Assembly (NCBI RefSeq): GCF_009914755.1
Contig: NC_060947.1
From: the human T2T-CHM13v2.0 reference genome, Homo sapiens
Direction: 5' to 3' (one strand)
Length of the DNA: 64,000 bases
How positions within the stretch are numbered: position 1 is the first letter of the stretch; each line of letters starts with the position of its first letter. Both the position numbers and the translations under genes were made by a program. The notes beneath the pieces were generated by a model, which worked only from the letters and a program-made list of their open reading frames with translations, was not told the DNA's origin and did not search any database. This document shows, piece by piece, positions 17,290 through 40,190 of this stretch.

Positions 17290-17890
17290 CTAGAGTGGTG
17301 AGCTAGCTAATATGGCAGTGCTGTCCCCAGAAACTACTGGAATAAGGGGGAACATCAGGCACCTACAACCTGGAGAGAAAGACTTGTCAGGCAGGTCTGC
17401 TTCCTGCTGCCTTGGGCACTTCCTTCGGGACTGGTTTGTTGAGAGGGTTGAGAATGGATTGGAGGGGGGGGTGGGGATAGTGGGGGAACTAGAGGCAGGA
17501 AAGCTCATCAGGAGGCCTTGCTGCACTTCCACATAGATGGGGGCCTGACCTGAAGTAGTGACCGTGCATGGAGAGCGAGGTTGTTGAAGTGAAAACGTGA
17601 AGGCTAGAACAGGCCTGACTTGATGACTAGGCCTATGGGAGTGTGAGACGAGGGTGTGCCCAGATTTCCTGCTTGGCCAGGTAGGTGAGTGGCAGTGCCA
17701 CTTATTGAGAAAGGGATCATCAGGCAGGACAAACTGTGAGTTTGAGGGGGAAGGAAAGGATGACAAGTTGTGTTGGGTAGATTCAATTTGAGTTGCCTAT
17801 AGGATGTGTAAGTGGGGCTGTCCAGGAGGCACTTGGATGGGAGTGTGTGTGTTTCGAGCACAGAAGCAAAGTCTAGTCTGGAAACAAGAG
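17290..17890. mobile_element. L2 fragments
   Basis: gcagtgccacttattgaga; caggaggcacttggatgg (typical L2 3' region). Confidence 0.55.
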
Positions 17891-17926
17891 TATTAATTTT
17901 CTCTCTCTCACTGTTTCTCTCTCCTT

Positions 17927-17972
17927 CACACACACACACACGTGTGCGCGCGCACACACACACACACGTGCA
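17927..17972. repeat. 46-bp alternating purine-pyrimidine (CA/CG/TG) tract
   Basis: cacacacacacacacgtgtgcgcgcgcacacacacacacacgtgca. Confidence 0.9.
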
Positions 17973-19757
17973 AACACCAGAACTTTCAAAGCTAGGTGCA
18001 CTCACAGGGTCATTAAGCCCAGGACATGTTGACAAGGGTGTGGAGGTGTCATCCTCGGGGACATGCAGGGAGGGTTCCTGGACAGTGATTTTTACATCGC
18101 CTCCTTAATTGTCCATAACCATAACCATGATCCATAGCCATAAGGACAATAGGAATTGTGGTCCCCCAGAGATTTTTTTCCTACTGAAACTCCATAGTCA
18201 CACCTCTTTGCAGACTTTATGGCAGGCCTTCCCTTTTTTCCAAACCCCTGTGAATAGTGTCAGACAGCATCTGCGGGAGGATGTGTGTGAATGCTGGGAT
18301 GCAGGGGGCATGGCAGGGAGTGGAGCACTTGTAATTCTGTTGATGTTGGAGCCCTCCCCTTTCAGAGTGCATTGAGTCCTTAGTGTGTGCCCCCTCGCCC
18401 CGATCAATTCCCAATCCCTGTGTTGCAGAGAGGGCAGCACCACCTTCTCAGCCGCACAGGATATTCTCAGGCTGATGCCAAGAGCAAATCACTCCCAGCC
18501 AGCACACTTCTGCCAGCCTTGGTAGGCACAGCGTGTAGCAGTGCGCATGTGGGTGGGGACAGAGGTGACTTTTCTCATAGACTGGGAGAAAAAAAAAGGC
18601 ATCTGAACTTCCTGGTTACAGAACATCCGGCTAGTAGAAACCTTTGTGTGTTTGTACGTGTCGGGCAGGGGGGGATTAGTGAGGTTCCCCTCCCCTCTAG
18701 TGTTAGCAATAATGAAGGACACTCTTTGTACAAGACGTCAAGATGAGAGCTTCCACACAGGACTCCACACTGTGCTTCTGTTTCACCAGGAAGAAATCTT
18801 GAATGTCAGCCAGGCTTGTACTCATCAATTCATTCAGCCAGTCTCTGAGGGCTGGTCCTTCTACTGAGTGCTGGCTAGGGTGGGGCTGAGGACTGTGCCC
18901 CTGGAGAGCTGCCAGCCTAGGTGCAAACACAGAACCTTCATTCATGCAGTGACATCACAGCAGCCCATCACAACACTGCCCCAACTGCATCAGAGCAGTT
19001 GCACCTGATAGGTTTCCCAGGGGTTACCTGAGGAGCAAAGCCAAGTGCGTGTGGCCCAGAGTAGACAGCATATAGGGCCTGCACGCTGAGGACTGCCCCA
19101 AATGCTGGCCCAGCTTTTTCCACCAGGGAGGGTCAGATTCCAAAGCCGACAGCCACTCAGCACGAGGCCCAGACCCAAATTCCACTGCCAGCCACTTCTA
19201 CTGCTGAAAAGGAAATAGGGCCGAAAATGTAGACTTCAAGGGCAAACACTGGATCACCCTTGGGAGTAGCTTCCAGAGCTCTGAGTAACATCCTGGAGGC
19301 AGAAGAGAAATGTTTGCCCTGCCCCCCAGCCCACAGTCTCCAGCATCACCAGCCTTTCTGGAAAGCCTTCCGAAGTCAATTTCAGCCCAGCCAGGAGCAG
19401 GGCCAAGTTGACAGAGGGCTGAGCCAGAGCTCCCCTGCACTCACACCTTGATCTTTCTCTTCCTCTTAGACTTGAGTGCTTGCCAGGTGTGCATTCCAGA
19501 GTCAATGCAAGTGTCCCTGGCTCTCTTCCACCCCTTCCCAGGCAAAAAGAGGCCACCCACCCATGGAAAAGCCACTGTTGTCAATCTGTCGCCAGAACTC
19601 TCGCTCAAGGTGGCAGTGAGGCTTTGGTGCCAGCTAGGGTTTGCTTTGGAATCCAGGAGCTCCCATCAAAGGCGGTGGGCTATGGGGTCCTGAATGAATG
19701 GCAAAGGGGCATGGGAGTAGGGATGAGGGTCATTCAGGACTTGGAAATATAGTTGGC

Positions 19758-21813
<2,056 letters not shown>

Positions 21814-22417
21814 GTTAAGCCCAAGGTTCACAACTACTTTGGCACCAGAAACACAAGGTTCAAAGGTCCCAGAGGTACTCCAACCCTGACCAGAACATGA
21901 TGGAGGACAGACAACGTGGCTAGAAAACATCTATGTGTTAAAAAAGCAAAACAAACAAAAACTTTTTTTTGCTCTCACTAGGCCATAAACTCCATGAAGG
22001 TAGGAACTTCATCTCTGCCATTCATAGTGGTATCCTTGGCACCTAGTCAGCTCAATCATTTTTTTTTTTTTTTTGGTGTGTTTTGCTTTGTTTTGTTTGA
22101 GATGGAGTCTCCCTCTGTTACCCAGGCTGGAGTACAGTGGCCTCATCTCAGCTCACCACAACCTCTGCCTCCCGGGGTTGAAGCGATTCTCCTGCCTCAG
22201 CCTCCCGAGTAGCTGGGGTTACAGGCATGCGCCACCATGCCCAGCTAATTTTTGTATTTTTTAGTAGAGACGGGTTTCACTATGTTGGCCAGGCTGGTCT
22301 CGAACTCCTGACCTCGTGATCCACCTGCCTTGGCCTCCCAAAGTGCTGGGATTACAGGCGTGAGACACCACACCCAGCCAAAAGCCCATTACTGTTTTTT
22401 TTTTTTTTTTTTTTTGA

Positions 22418-22525
<108 letters not shown>

Positions 22526-22564
22526 TAACTGGGATTACAGGCGTGCACCACCACGCCAAGCTAA

Positions 22565-22915
<351 letters not shown>

Positions 22916-23660
22916 TAGTCTCAAACTCCTGACCTCAAGTGATCCACCCACCTCAGCCTCCTGAAGTACTGGGATAACAGGCGTGAGCCACCGCACTCGG
23001 CCTCAATCAGTTTTTCTAGAAAAAAATGAATGGCTCTTCTATGTCAGCTAACTTTGGTTTGACTTCTAACATCACCCGGGGATGGCCTTGAGTGGAGAGC
23101 CAGGCCTGCATTCCTCAGTCTAGAAATGGCCCTCTCCACGGGTTCCTTGCTTCCCTCTCAGTCCAGCTCGGCAAGGACTCTAGTTCCAGCATGCTTCCTT
23201 GATGCCTGCCAGGAAGAGCAACTGCTTTACTTCCTGAACACTGGCATTGAATTAAAACCTAGCTGGTTCCCCAGAAGGTGGCCCAGGCTAGCTAGATGCC
23301 TCTGCCCCTTGTTCCTGGATCTGACAAACCAAACCACTTTGGTCTAGCTGCCAACTGTGGCTGTGTGGACAGAATTAAAAGAGGTCATGGGAGGATGTAA
23401 GAAGAGTTAAAGCAATGAGGGAAGTCTAGAAAAATAAATCCAAAATGGGAAGTCATTTGCTTTGGGAAAAAAAGCATAGACCTGTCTCCCTGACTAGAAA
23501 CCTAGGAGGCTTTCCAGTTCTATCAACCACTTAGTAGCTGTAGATCTCGGACAAGTCGCTTTAACTTTCTGATCCTCAATCTGCTTACGTAGAAAAAGAC
23601 ATAAAAAAGGCTATTCCAGAAAATCTCAGTTCCCTCACCCTCCAGTTTTGCTGGTCTTGA

Positions 23661-24116
<456 letters not shown>

Positions 24117-24269
24117 TAGAGATGGGGTCTCACTATGTCACCCAGGTTGACCTCGAACTTCTGGGCTCAAATAATCCTCCGCCCTCAGCCTCCTGAGTAT
24201 CTAGGACTATAGGCATGCACCACCACACCTAGCTTGGACAGGTGTGTTTTTATTTTCTTTTTTTTTTCA

Positions 24270-26360
<2,091 letters not shown>

Positions 26361-26988
26361 TTCCAGAGAGGTATGTTTTTAATAAAATAACTTATCTTTA
26401 AATGGAAGCGAAAACGTGTGGAAAACATCCCAATTGGTGAGGCAGGGTGAAAAGAAATACTGCAATTTCTGAAAGCTTTGGATAAACTCACACCTGATAG
26501 TTTACCAAAGGACTCAAAGATGACATTTGGGTCTTCATGTTCCATGATGACCTTGTCTGAGTCAGAGGAATCCATGGCTCAGCCACAGGGTGGCATTTTA
26601 TGTTCTTGTGTTCTCACATCCTTCAAACATCCTCACTGCTGCATATGCACGCCCACACCTTCTTCCCACATCCCGAAACCACTGCCCGAAGACAGGCCAG
26701 GTGATCGGCAAAATGAAGCCCCTCAGCTTCCAGTGAGCAGACAGAAGGCTTCTTCTCAGCCCCTCCTTCCCCTTGCTGCTTCCCAGGGGAGAGGCAGACT
26801 GTGGCCCTATGATTTTAGGAGCAGTCCCTGTCCCCAGTTGCAATATGGGTTCAACTCCCGACTATTTATTAGTCTTAGGCCTCTTGCTCTGCCCTATTTT
26901 ATGATGTTCAGAACAACTCTATGAAAATGATAAGGCTGGCATTTTTCAATCCTGCCTCTACACTGCAGGTAGGGGTGAAGCCTCTTCA

Positions 26989-27114
<126 letters not shown>

Positions 27115-27527
27115 TCAGCCTGGGCAACAGTGAGACCCTGCCTGAGAAAGAAAAAAAAAAAGTAGTGTTTTTTTCTTACTACTTCTCTTTTCAGAATGCT
27201 TTCAACTGCCTGCTATTTTGAGTCCAAATTCGTGGCATGACCTTCAAAAACAAGTTATCATTAATTCAGCACTTACTATGTGCCAGGCGTTGAATCTCTT
27301 GTATCCCCTGAACCTAGTAACAACTGTAGGACAGGCATGCCACTATCTTTCAAATGAGTGAATAAATCCTCAGAACAGCCAGAAAAGCAGGTATTATTAT
27401 TCCCCATTCTATTAATGAGGAGACTGAGGCCTAGAGAAGTTAAGCCACTTGCCTGAGGTCACAGTTAATAAGAAGAAAAATCAAGATTCAAACCCAGGTC
27501 TGTCTGATTCTAAATCTTGGGGATGCT

Positions 27528-27868
<341 letters not shown>

Positions 27869-28566
27869 TGATCCACCCACTTCGGCCTCCCAAAGTGCGG
27901 GGATTACAGGCGTGAGCCACAGTGCCCGGCAATATATGGCTTTTTAAGTCTCCTCCACCCTCAGCCTCCAGAGAGCAGACAGACAGGAACGTTCTGGCCT
28001 AGCAGACAGCCGTGTGATATTTTTGGTTCCAGTTATTACCGTGGAGATGGTTGCAGCTTTCTAGGGAGATGGAAGCACGCCAGCTGCCCCATCTACAGAC
28101 ACCGCCCTCCACAAATAGCTTATCAAACCCTGAGGATTGCAATATAATAAAGCAGCTGCCCCTGGGAACTCCCACAGCCCTCCCAGGATACACACCGTTG
28201 GCCAGCCCCAACCGCTGGTCCACCCCTGGAAGAAGGACTTCTTGGAAAACCTGTTGTTAGAAGGATTTCCTTCTAGGTAGCTGCTGTGCAGCCAGTAACC
28301 AGGGCTGCTCTCAGGGAGGATGGCTCCACCTTTCATTGTGCGGGCCTCCCTGTAGCCAGCTCTGCTCCTGTGGAACCTACTGACCTCTTGTGGGCAGAGT
28401 GTAAATGCACTGCAGCTGGACAGCCTCAGAGGGTGCGGGCTTCAGCCAGCTCCTCAGTTTGATTTGTCTCTGACAATGCTGGAGTGTGCTGGTCTCTTGA
28501 CCTCGCTGCGCCTTGGTTTCCTCACCTATACAATGGGGAATAAACAAATATCCCTGTCCTACTTGA

Positions 28567-28856
<290 letters not shown>

Positions 28857-30154
28857 TGAGCCACCGCGCCCGGCCGAGAAAAGGCTTTAATTGGGGGGAA
28901 ATATATGGGTAAATTCAAGATGCCAAGGTCCCAGGTGGGCACTCACAAAATTGCAGTACCTGACCAGAATGATTAGATATTATCCAACAGTGCTCATTAA
29001 CCTTTTTAAGTCTGCAGCAGACACAGAAAATGGTATTTGTGTTGCACAAAGAAGGAGGCTTCTTGTGGCCAGAGCTGCCCCAGGCTCAGCCCAGCTACCC
29101 CAAAGGCTGAGAGCAGCAACATCTCAGGATTCCTGGAATCTTTTTGCAGCACGTGGGGTTGACAGATGTGACTGTATTATACAAGCAGTTGCAGAAGCAG
29201 TGAGCATTGTCAGGATTCTCTTTCTCCTCTTTCCATATAAGTCAGTTAACAAAACGTTTGGGTGGGTGGCCCTACCTCTTAGACACCCACAGAGTCCATA
29301 GACACAGGTAGAAACCATCATTGCACAGTTGGGCAAGGGTCTTATATGCCTGGCCCAGGCACAAGGCAGGGTTCCACAGGCTCTGGATCCTTTGTGCTTC
29401 TTTTGTAATGCAGAGAAATTAAGAGATCACAGCAGATTGTGTTTTGGGATAATCTGGGTCTGTCAGATACCAAAGAGCCTCCTGTCTCCCGTCAAACCTC
29501 GTTTCCTTTTCTCCTGCTGTCTACTTGCACTCCACTGACTCATTCATCCAACAAGCACTTAATGAGTGGCAACCAAGCACCAAACCTTGTGCCAGGTCGT
29601 GGGATTACAGGATGAAACTGTTGCCTTCAAGGAACTCAGTCTCATAGAAAGACAGACACAGAAAGAGAGGCACTGGATAGGCTGCAAGAGATCCAGTGGA
29701 TGTCTGTAAAGAGGAGAGGAAGTGCGAGGGCCTAAGTCAACCTCAGAGAGTCAGGGACACTTGTAAAGACACCTGAAGATTAAATAAGGGGTGGGGGAGG
29801 GAAGAGTAACCAGGGAGGAACAAGGCAGCTTTGCAGAGAGAAGAACATATGCAAAGGAGGCCCCAAGACATGACAAAATGAAGCATGTTCAAAGCACTTC
29901 AAGTAGCCCAGTTGTGCTAGAATATAAAGTGCTAGATGGGGCGGGGGCGATGGAACCAGACAGGCAAGGGCCACATGAGAGGGGTGCCAATTGAAGGGGT
30001 TTTTATTCAATACTTCATCATTTATTAAATAGTTCAGCCACAGGCACGGTGGCTTACGCCTGTAATCCCAGCACTTTGGGAGGCTGAGGTGAGTGGATCG
30101 TCTGAGGCCAGGAGTTTGAGAGCAGCCTGGTCAACATGGCGAAACGCCTCTCTA

Positions 30155-30460
<306 letters not shown>

Positions 30461-31240
30461 TCAAGATATCCTCCTGCCTCAGCCTCCTGAGTAGCTGGAA
30501 CTACAGGCACGTGCCACCAAATTACTTTGGTTGTTGGGAAGTAAGTAATAAGGGAGAGAGATTGTGCTGAGAGAAATCTGTTTTCTGGCTTGAGTAACCA
30601 GATACACAGTAGCATTCACTGAATCCGGGAACACAGGGAGGACCCAGTTTGAAGCAGGGAATGAAGACAAGAGCCATTGTGAATACACTGGGTTTGAGAT
30701 ACCTGTAAGACACGAACGTAGGGTGTCTAATAGTCGGATATAAAAGTGTTTCATGGGTAGGGCACAGTGGCTCACACCTGTAATCCCAGTGCATTGGGAG
30801 GCAGAGCGGGGAGGATTGCCTGAAGCCAGAAATTTGGGGCTGTAGCAGGCAATGATCACACCATTACACTCCAGCCTCTGTGCTCCAAGCTGGGTGACAG
30901 AGCAAGACCCTGTCTCAAATAAATAAATAAAGTAAGTAAAATAAAAAAATAAAGTGGGTGAGGGCCAGATGCAGTGGCTCACGCCTGTAATCCCAGCACT
31001 TGGGGAGGCCCAGGCGGGTGGATCACTTGAGGTCAGGAGTTCGAGACCAGCCTGGCCAACATGGCGAAACCCCGTCTCTACCAAAAAATACAAAAATTAG
31101 CCAGGCGTGGTGATGGACACCTGTAGTCACAGCTACTCAGGAGGGTGAGGCAGGAGAAGCACTTGAACCCAGGAGGCGGAGGCTGCAATGAGCCGAGATT
31201 GCACCACTGCACTCCAGCGTGGACAATAGAGTGAGGAAAC

Positions 31241-31343
31241 AAGAAAAAAAGAAAGAAAGAAAGAAAGAAAGAGGGGGAGAGAGAGGGAGGGAGGGAGGAA
31301 GGGAGGGAGGAAGGAAGGAAGGAAGGAAAAGAAAGAAAAGAAA
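31241..31343 (+). repeat. Polypurine (GAAA/GGGA/GGAA)n tract from an Alu tail; a similar tract lies at 1244-1328
   Basis: About 100 bp with no pyrimidine on the plus strand. Confidence 0.9.
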
Positions 31344-31759
31344 GTGGGAGAGGGCCAAGTGTCCTAGAAATGAAGGGAAGAGGGGATGGCCATCGGAGCC
31401 ACACTCACATAGAAGTCAAATAAGACAGGGCTGAAAAAGGAGAACCATTTCAGCAGTGATGGAGACCGAAGCAAGATCACAGTAGGCCTCTTCAAGAAGC
31501 TTAGACTGTGAAGGGGAGGAAAGAATGAAAGCTAGAAGTAGGCTCTGTGTCAAAGGTTTTTGTTGAAGGCATTAGTTCAAATGTACATGCTGAGGAGGAG
31601 AGATGGAGAAAGAGGGGAAGGTTGAGGCTTCAGGAAAGAGAGGAGGTAAGTAATAGAGCAAAGTCCAAGGGGAAGTGAGGAGGACTGAACTGAATACATG
31701 GGGGAGGTGGGTGTCAGCCTGGGGCAGGAGGAGGGAGTTAGGGGAGGGGGAGAGGGTGG

Positions 31760-32160
31760 TGCAGGTTGGATTTGCTGAGCAGACTCTGAGATGGAGATTA
31801 GCATGCAGGAGGTTTCTTAGGGAGTACTCTTGGGATCATCACGCGTGGAAAGGAAGGAATGGAAGCAGGACTGGAGAAAGGAGACATTGGGCTGCAATGC
31901 AGATTCAACAAAGGCCTCAGCCAGACCTATGGGAAGCTCTGAAGCTAAGAGTGGAGACAAGGGGGCCAGGCCTTTATATCCCCACATCAGTCATTCATTG
32001 GACACAGGCTGTCCTGGGAAGGAGGCATGCCCTTGGGCAAAGTGGGTTTCTTCAGCTGAGGCTGTCCCCAAAGGGGTCCACCAGCTGAGGGCTCTCTACT
32101 GTTAGGCACTGAGTCTTTCTGTTGTGAAGATCAGGGAAGCACATTGCAGTGTCTCCTATA
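31760..32160. mobile_element. MLT1-family (MaLR) LTR
   Basis: gcagactctgagatggagattagcatgcaggaggttt..ggagtactcttgggatca. Confidence 0.7.
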
Positions 32161-33168
32161 GAGAGGAAGGGGGCGCTATTGCATTTGAGTTGAATCTGCA
32201 GCCCAGTTGGTGTGAGGCTGAAGTTCACGCTGTTGGCTTCAATTTTGCTCCGTGAAGATGGAAACCAATCTTTCTGATGAAAAGGGGGCTAGCTGGGGTT
32301 GGGGGCTAGAGGAGAGTGAAATGATGATGAAATGGCTGCTTCAGGACACTGAAGATGCGCTGACCAGGGACATACAATAGGATTGCCAAGCGATGTTAGG
32401 GTCTTAGTTGAAACTAAAAAAATCATTTTAGCAGGCCCAAACAGTGTCGCGATTTCAAGGCTCTGTCATTCTTGGTCACTTGGATATCTGTCCTTCCTCC
32501 TATGGATTTTTGTTAGTTTTTATGAGGAAATGTCTATATTATTTAGAGGAGAATATTTTGTGAGACCGTGTTCCTAAATTCTGCAACTTTTTACCTAAAC
32601 TACTTCCTGAACCAGGCCTAAATTCAAGGCCTTCAGTATATAATTACAATTTTCGCTACAACAATCGTTGCTGATGCTAATGATGACAATCTTGCTAGTG
32701 GCAAACAAAACTGTGTGGATATTAAAATATTATAAACCAATTAGAAAATGACTTCAGGCCTGACAATAAAGAAGATAAACACTTGTCTACAAGTAGACAA
32801 ATAAAAATCAGGATTAAATCTAATTAGCAGGCAAATACAAAATGTAGAAAATTACAAAGGAAAACGAAATTTGAAGCTTCAAGGAAAAAAAACACTGCTG
32901 TAATAACGAAATATAGAACAGGTGGTTCATCAGGTACTAGAGTGACAATAGACAAGTACACCGTCCAATTAAACAATCGGCTTTTAAAATCCATACAGGA
33001 ATTATGTGGATGATCATTCAAAAACAATGTCTCACTGTTCTGTGAAGAAAGGGTCCCCCACATGAGGGGGAGCAGTTATAATGAGAATTCACTAGGCCTA
33101 AAGTGTAGGCTAGGTAACCAACCGTGCCTTGCTCACGAAACCAGCTTGTTATTCCAGAGTAACTATGA

Positions 33169-33393
<225 letters not shown>

Positions 33394-33747
33394 TAGTAGA
33401 GACAGGGTTTACCGTGTTGGCTGGGCTTGTCTCGAACTCCTGACCTCAGGTGATCCGCCTGCCTCAGCCTCCCAAAGTGCTGGGATTACAGGAATGAGCC
33501 ACCACGCCCGGCCAGCAATACAGTTCTTAGGGGAAAAAATGAAATGTCCAGTTCAAGAATAAAATCAACATTCATGATGGGGCCTCACTCGGCCTCCCTG
33601 CACAGATTTGTCACCGAACATACATTTCAACAAAGGCTTTGGTGCCCAAGTGACTCCAATTGTAGAAATTTTAGGACATAAAGGATGGAAGACCTATAGG
33701 GAAACTCTTTAGGAGGAATTAACCAGGTGTACCTTAAAATCACTCTA

Positions 33748-34125
<378 letters not shown>

Positions 34126-34339
34126 AAAATCATGCTACTGCACTCCAGCCTGGACTACAGAGTGAGACTCTGTCTCAAAAAAAAATAAAAATCACTCTAG
34201 ATATGAGGGGAGTCGGTACTCTTTCCAGCCCAACTTTAGAGAACAGCTGGAGATACCCACAGCCTCCAACGGTGGAACACTTCCAGCAAGTATAATCTTA
34301 CAGCTCTTTTCTACCAGCCTGCCTGACCACGAGGCACTA

Positions 34340-35506
<1,167 letters not shown>

Positions 35507-35559
35507 GTACACATGCACAGAAAAAGTATTGATGATCTTGGTGATCTTCTGAATCTCCA

Positions 35560-35800
35560 AGGATACCTACCTTACCATGTTCCAGACAATCTACTAAGGG
35601 CTTTGTGCTCATATTACCCCTTTCTTCCTCTCAAGAACTCTATAAAGCAGGTACTTCTATTATCCCCATTTTATAGATGAGGACATGGATGCACAAAGAG
35701 GTAACATGACTTACTTAAGATCTCAGCCAGTAAGTGACAGAGCCAGGACACAAACCTAGGCGATCTGATAGTAAGGCTGTACATTTCCCATAATGCTATG
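35560..35800. mobile_element. MIR (donor side of the 127-bp duplication)
   Basis: MIR core tattatccccattttatagatgagg...cagccagtaagtgacagagccagga. Confidence 0.75.
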
Positions 35801-35827
35801 ATGCCTCCCACATTTTGAGGACTAGAC

Positions 35828-36010
35828 CAGTGATTCCTAACCATTCTTTTTTCATTGGTCCCTCTGAAAATTGGGTGAAATCAACAAATCCTCTCCCCAG
35901 AAAAATGCCCATCTGTTCACAAGCACACAGAACATATTTAATTTCAAGGAGCTTGGGGACTCCCTGAAGCTCATCCCTGAAGCCCATGGAGCCCAGGTTA
36001 AGAGCTTCTA
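35828..36010. mobile_element. MER117-like hAT-Charlie MITE
   Basis: cagtgattcctaacc...cctctccccagaaaaatgc...ccctgaag...cccaggttaagagcttcta resembles the recalled consensus. Confidence 0.65.
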
Positions 36011-36384
36011 TTGTGTAGGCTAGCACGCTCTCGGGAAGCAATTTGGCCTAGACCCCACCCAACTCATCATACCCCTTGCTTCCCCTGGGAGAGCTCACCC
36101 CCTGTGCTTTAGGCTACTCTCATAGCTGAAGTTCAGAATGCTCTAGGGCTTTGTAACCTGGCTTTGTAACCTGACACTTGTGACCTCATATTTGTCCCAA
36201 CATACTATGTCCATGCCATCTCCTGCTGCACCAGGATGAGGTCTCTACTGGGCTAGCCCAGCCCTGGTCCAGAGAAGATAAGCTCAAAGATTGTTCACAA
36301 AGAGAGCAGGGCATAGTGCTTCAACTCCAGAAACAGGGAGGGAAATCAAGTTCCCTGGCAGAGCAAATAAAAACTGGTGATGCC

Positions 36385-36947
36385 CAAAAGCCAAGACTTG
36401 GAAGCAACCTAAGTGTCCATCAACAGGCAAATGGATAAAGAAAATGTGGTACATACACACAATGGAGCACTATTCAGCCATAAAAGAGTGAGATCCTGTC
36501 ATTTCAATAACATGATAGAACTGGAGGGCATTATGTTAAGTGATATAAGCCAGGCACAGAAAGACAAACTTTACATGTTCTCACTTATTTGTGGGAGCTA
36601 GAAATGAATTCATGGAGAGAGAGAGAGTAGCAGGATAGTTACCAGAGGCTGGGAATGGTAGTGGGGAGTTGTGGGGGGGGAAGTGTGGATGGTTAATGGG
36701 TACAAAAAATAGAATAAGATCTAGTATTTGATAGCACAACAGTGTGACTATAGCCAATCATTTAATTGTACATTTTAAAATAACTAAAAGAGTGTCATTA
36801 GATTGTTTGTAATACAAGGATAAACGCTTGAGGTGACGGATACCCCATTTACCCTGATGTGATTTTTACACATTGTATACCTATATCAAAATATCCCATA
36901 TGCCCCATAAATATATACACCTACTATGCACCCACAAAAATAAAAAG
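36385..36947 (+). mobile_element. 5'-truncated L1MA-type 3' end
   Basis: L1 3' motifs ending tatgcacccacaaaaataaaaa; TSD aaaactggtgatgcc (36370-36384 and 36948-36962). Confidence 0.9.
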
Positions 36948-37147
36948 AAAACTGGTGATGCCAAGGGCTCCCCAAACAATGGCCAGAACTGGAAGTACAG
37001 TCAGGAAAGGATACAAGTGGACACAGGTGGAAACCTGCTCTGGGGGCATCTAGGGTGGGTGCTGTGGTTTGGCCTCCCCAACCAGACATTCAGATTTGAG
37101 CTGCTCCAGAGCGCTCAGCAGGAAAGACATGTGAGATTCACATTTGA

Positions 37148-37853
<706 letters not shown>

Positions 37854-37859
37854 TAGCAT

Positions 37860-38230
37860 TTGTTTCCTTACCAAGCAGTTATCTGCCAGGCACTGTACTA
37901 AGTTAGCACTTTACAAATATCAACTCACTTAATTTTCACAAAACCATAATGAGATGAGTACTACTATTGTCCCCATTTTAGACACAGGAAACCTGAAGCA
38001 CAAGAGAGATTAAGCGACTTGGCCAGTTACACAGCTAGTAAGTGACAGAGCCAGGACGCAAATCTAGGCGATCTGATAGTAAGGATGTACATTTCCCATA
38101 ATGCTATGATGCCTCCCACATTTTCAGGACCAGATCTGTGATTCCTAACCATTCTTTTTTCATCAGCAGAGCTGGGACTCAAACTCAGGCAGTCAGGCCT
38201 GCAGCACCCATGCTCTGAACCACCGTCTTC
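37860..38230. mobile_element. MIR interrupted by a 127-bp locally copied segment
   Basis: MIR core ctattgtccccattttagacacagga..acagctagtaagt, resuming as gcagagctgggactcaaactcaggcagtc at 38166. Confidence 0.75.
38037..38163 (+). repeat. Direct copy of 35729-35855 (127 bp)
   Basis: Ungapped manual alignment, 7 mismatches in 127 bp. Confidence 0.95.
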
Positions 38231-38778
38231 TGCAGCTAGTGTGATCCAGAGGCTTGGCTAGTTACTGGCAATAGAGCAGTGAACAGGCCAGACATGATCT
38301 CTGCCTTCAAGGTGTTTACATTCTAGAGTGGCCCCTGAGTAGTCAACAGGCAATTCCATCAAGTTATGATGAGTTCCATGTTGGGGGTCCGGGAGGCTGT
38401 GAGTGGGCTCCATATTGGGCTGGGTTCTGGGCTTCAGAGCAGAAGCCAACAGGTTGTAGGGACACCTTTCTTGGGTTCAGGATCAAAGAGGCCAAACAGG
38501 AGTAGGGGAGCCATTTCTGATTGTGGGGCCTGCCTTTCAGCTCCCATTCTGAAGCTGGGAAACCAAACAGCTGTGAGTGAGTCTCACATCAGGAACAGAA
38601 GCAGCACAGGAACCAAACAAGCGTGGTCACTCCCGCCAGGGGTATCAGAACAGCAGATCCTACAGACCTGTTTCCTCATCAATCTCTCCTTGCAGAGACT
38701 ACAAGCTCCCTGAGGGTAAGACCTAGGCCTGCCTTTCTCCCTCATTCTCTCAGTGCCCAGCACAAGGTTGGCACCTAA

Positions 38779-39211
<433 letters not shown>

Positions 39212-40131
39212 TAGCAGTGAACAACAACAGAAAAAATCCCTGTCCCCACTAAACTTTTAGCTTATAGTGGGAGCACCAGACAATGAGCAAAATGAGCAAA
39301 TATTTATATAGGGTTTTAGCGAAAAACTATAGGAGGAGAGGGGGATAGGAAGTATGAGGAGGCGATGAAATTTTAGATACAATGGTCAGCAAAATCCTCT
39401 GAGAAAATGACATTTTCTCAGACAAAATCAAGACCTGAAGGAAGTGAGGGTGGGCCGTTTGCAGATACCTGAGGAAAAAATGTCAAGGCAGGAATGTGCC
39501 TGGCATGTCTGAGGGCCAGGGAGGAGATCACTGTGGCTGGAGCAGAGTGAGCTGATAGGGACTGGAGTAGGAGTTGAGGTCAGAATGAATGAACAAGTGG
39601 AGACTGGGAATGGTACCAAGAAGCAGGGGAACCAAACCAGTTCCACAGCCAGAAGCCCTCCAAGTCCTGACTGGCCCCATGGGGAAAGGGAGAGGAGAGC
39701 CCCCACAAGAGTGCCTATTAACTCACACTCCTCCAGCTCCATTCCAAAGGCATGACTTGAGTCCCTACCCCATGCCCAGCCCTGAAACTCCTGGAAAAAA
39801 AGCAGGATATTCCTTGAACCTCCTCTTTCTCCTCAATTGGGAATAAGGGCTGAGCTGGCAGGAACAAGCTGAGATTGAGAATTGACCTGTAGAGCTTACA
39901 CAGTCCACCCTTCCTCCAGAATATTCCATTTGTCCTTGGAGACAGCATGACGGAGCCATGATGGGCTCTGGCCATCTGTTCCCTCTGGTCCTTCTGAAAG
40001 AAAACACTTTCAGACCAGGCACCGTGGCTCATGCCTGTAATCCCAGCACTGTGGGAGGCTGAGGAGGGAGGATCATTTGAGGCCTGGAGTTTAAGACCAG
40101 CATGGGCAACATGGAGAAACCCTGTCCCTAC

Positions 40132-40168
<37 letters not shown>

Positions 40169-40190
40169 CTCTCTCTATATAGTATATATA

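Noticed and set aside
28116-28125. tagcttatca, identical to the 5' end of miR-21
   Set aside because: Only a 10-nt match with no precursor hairpin; expected by chance.
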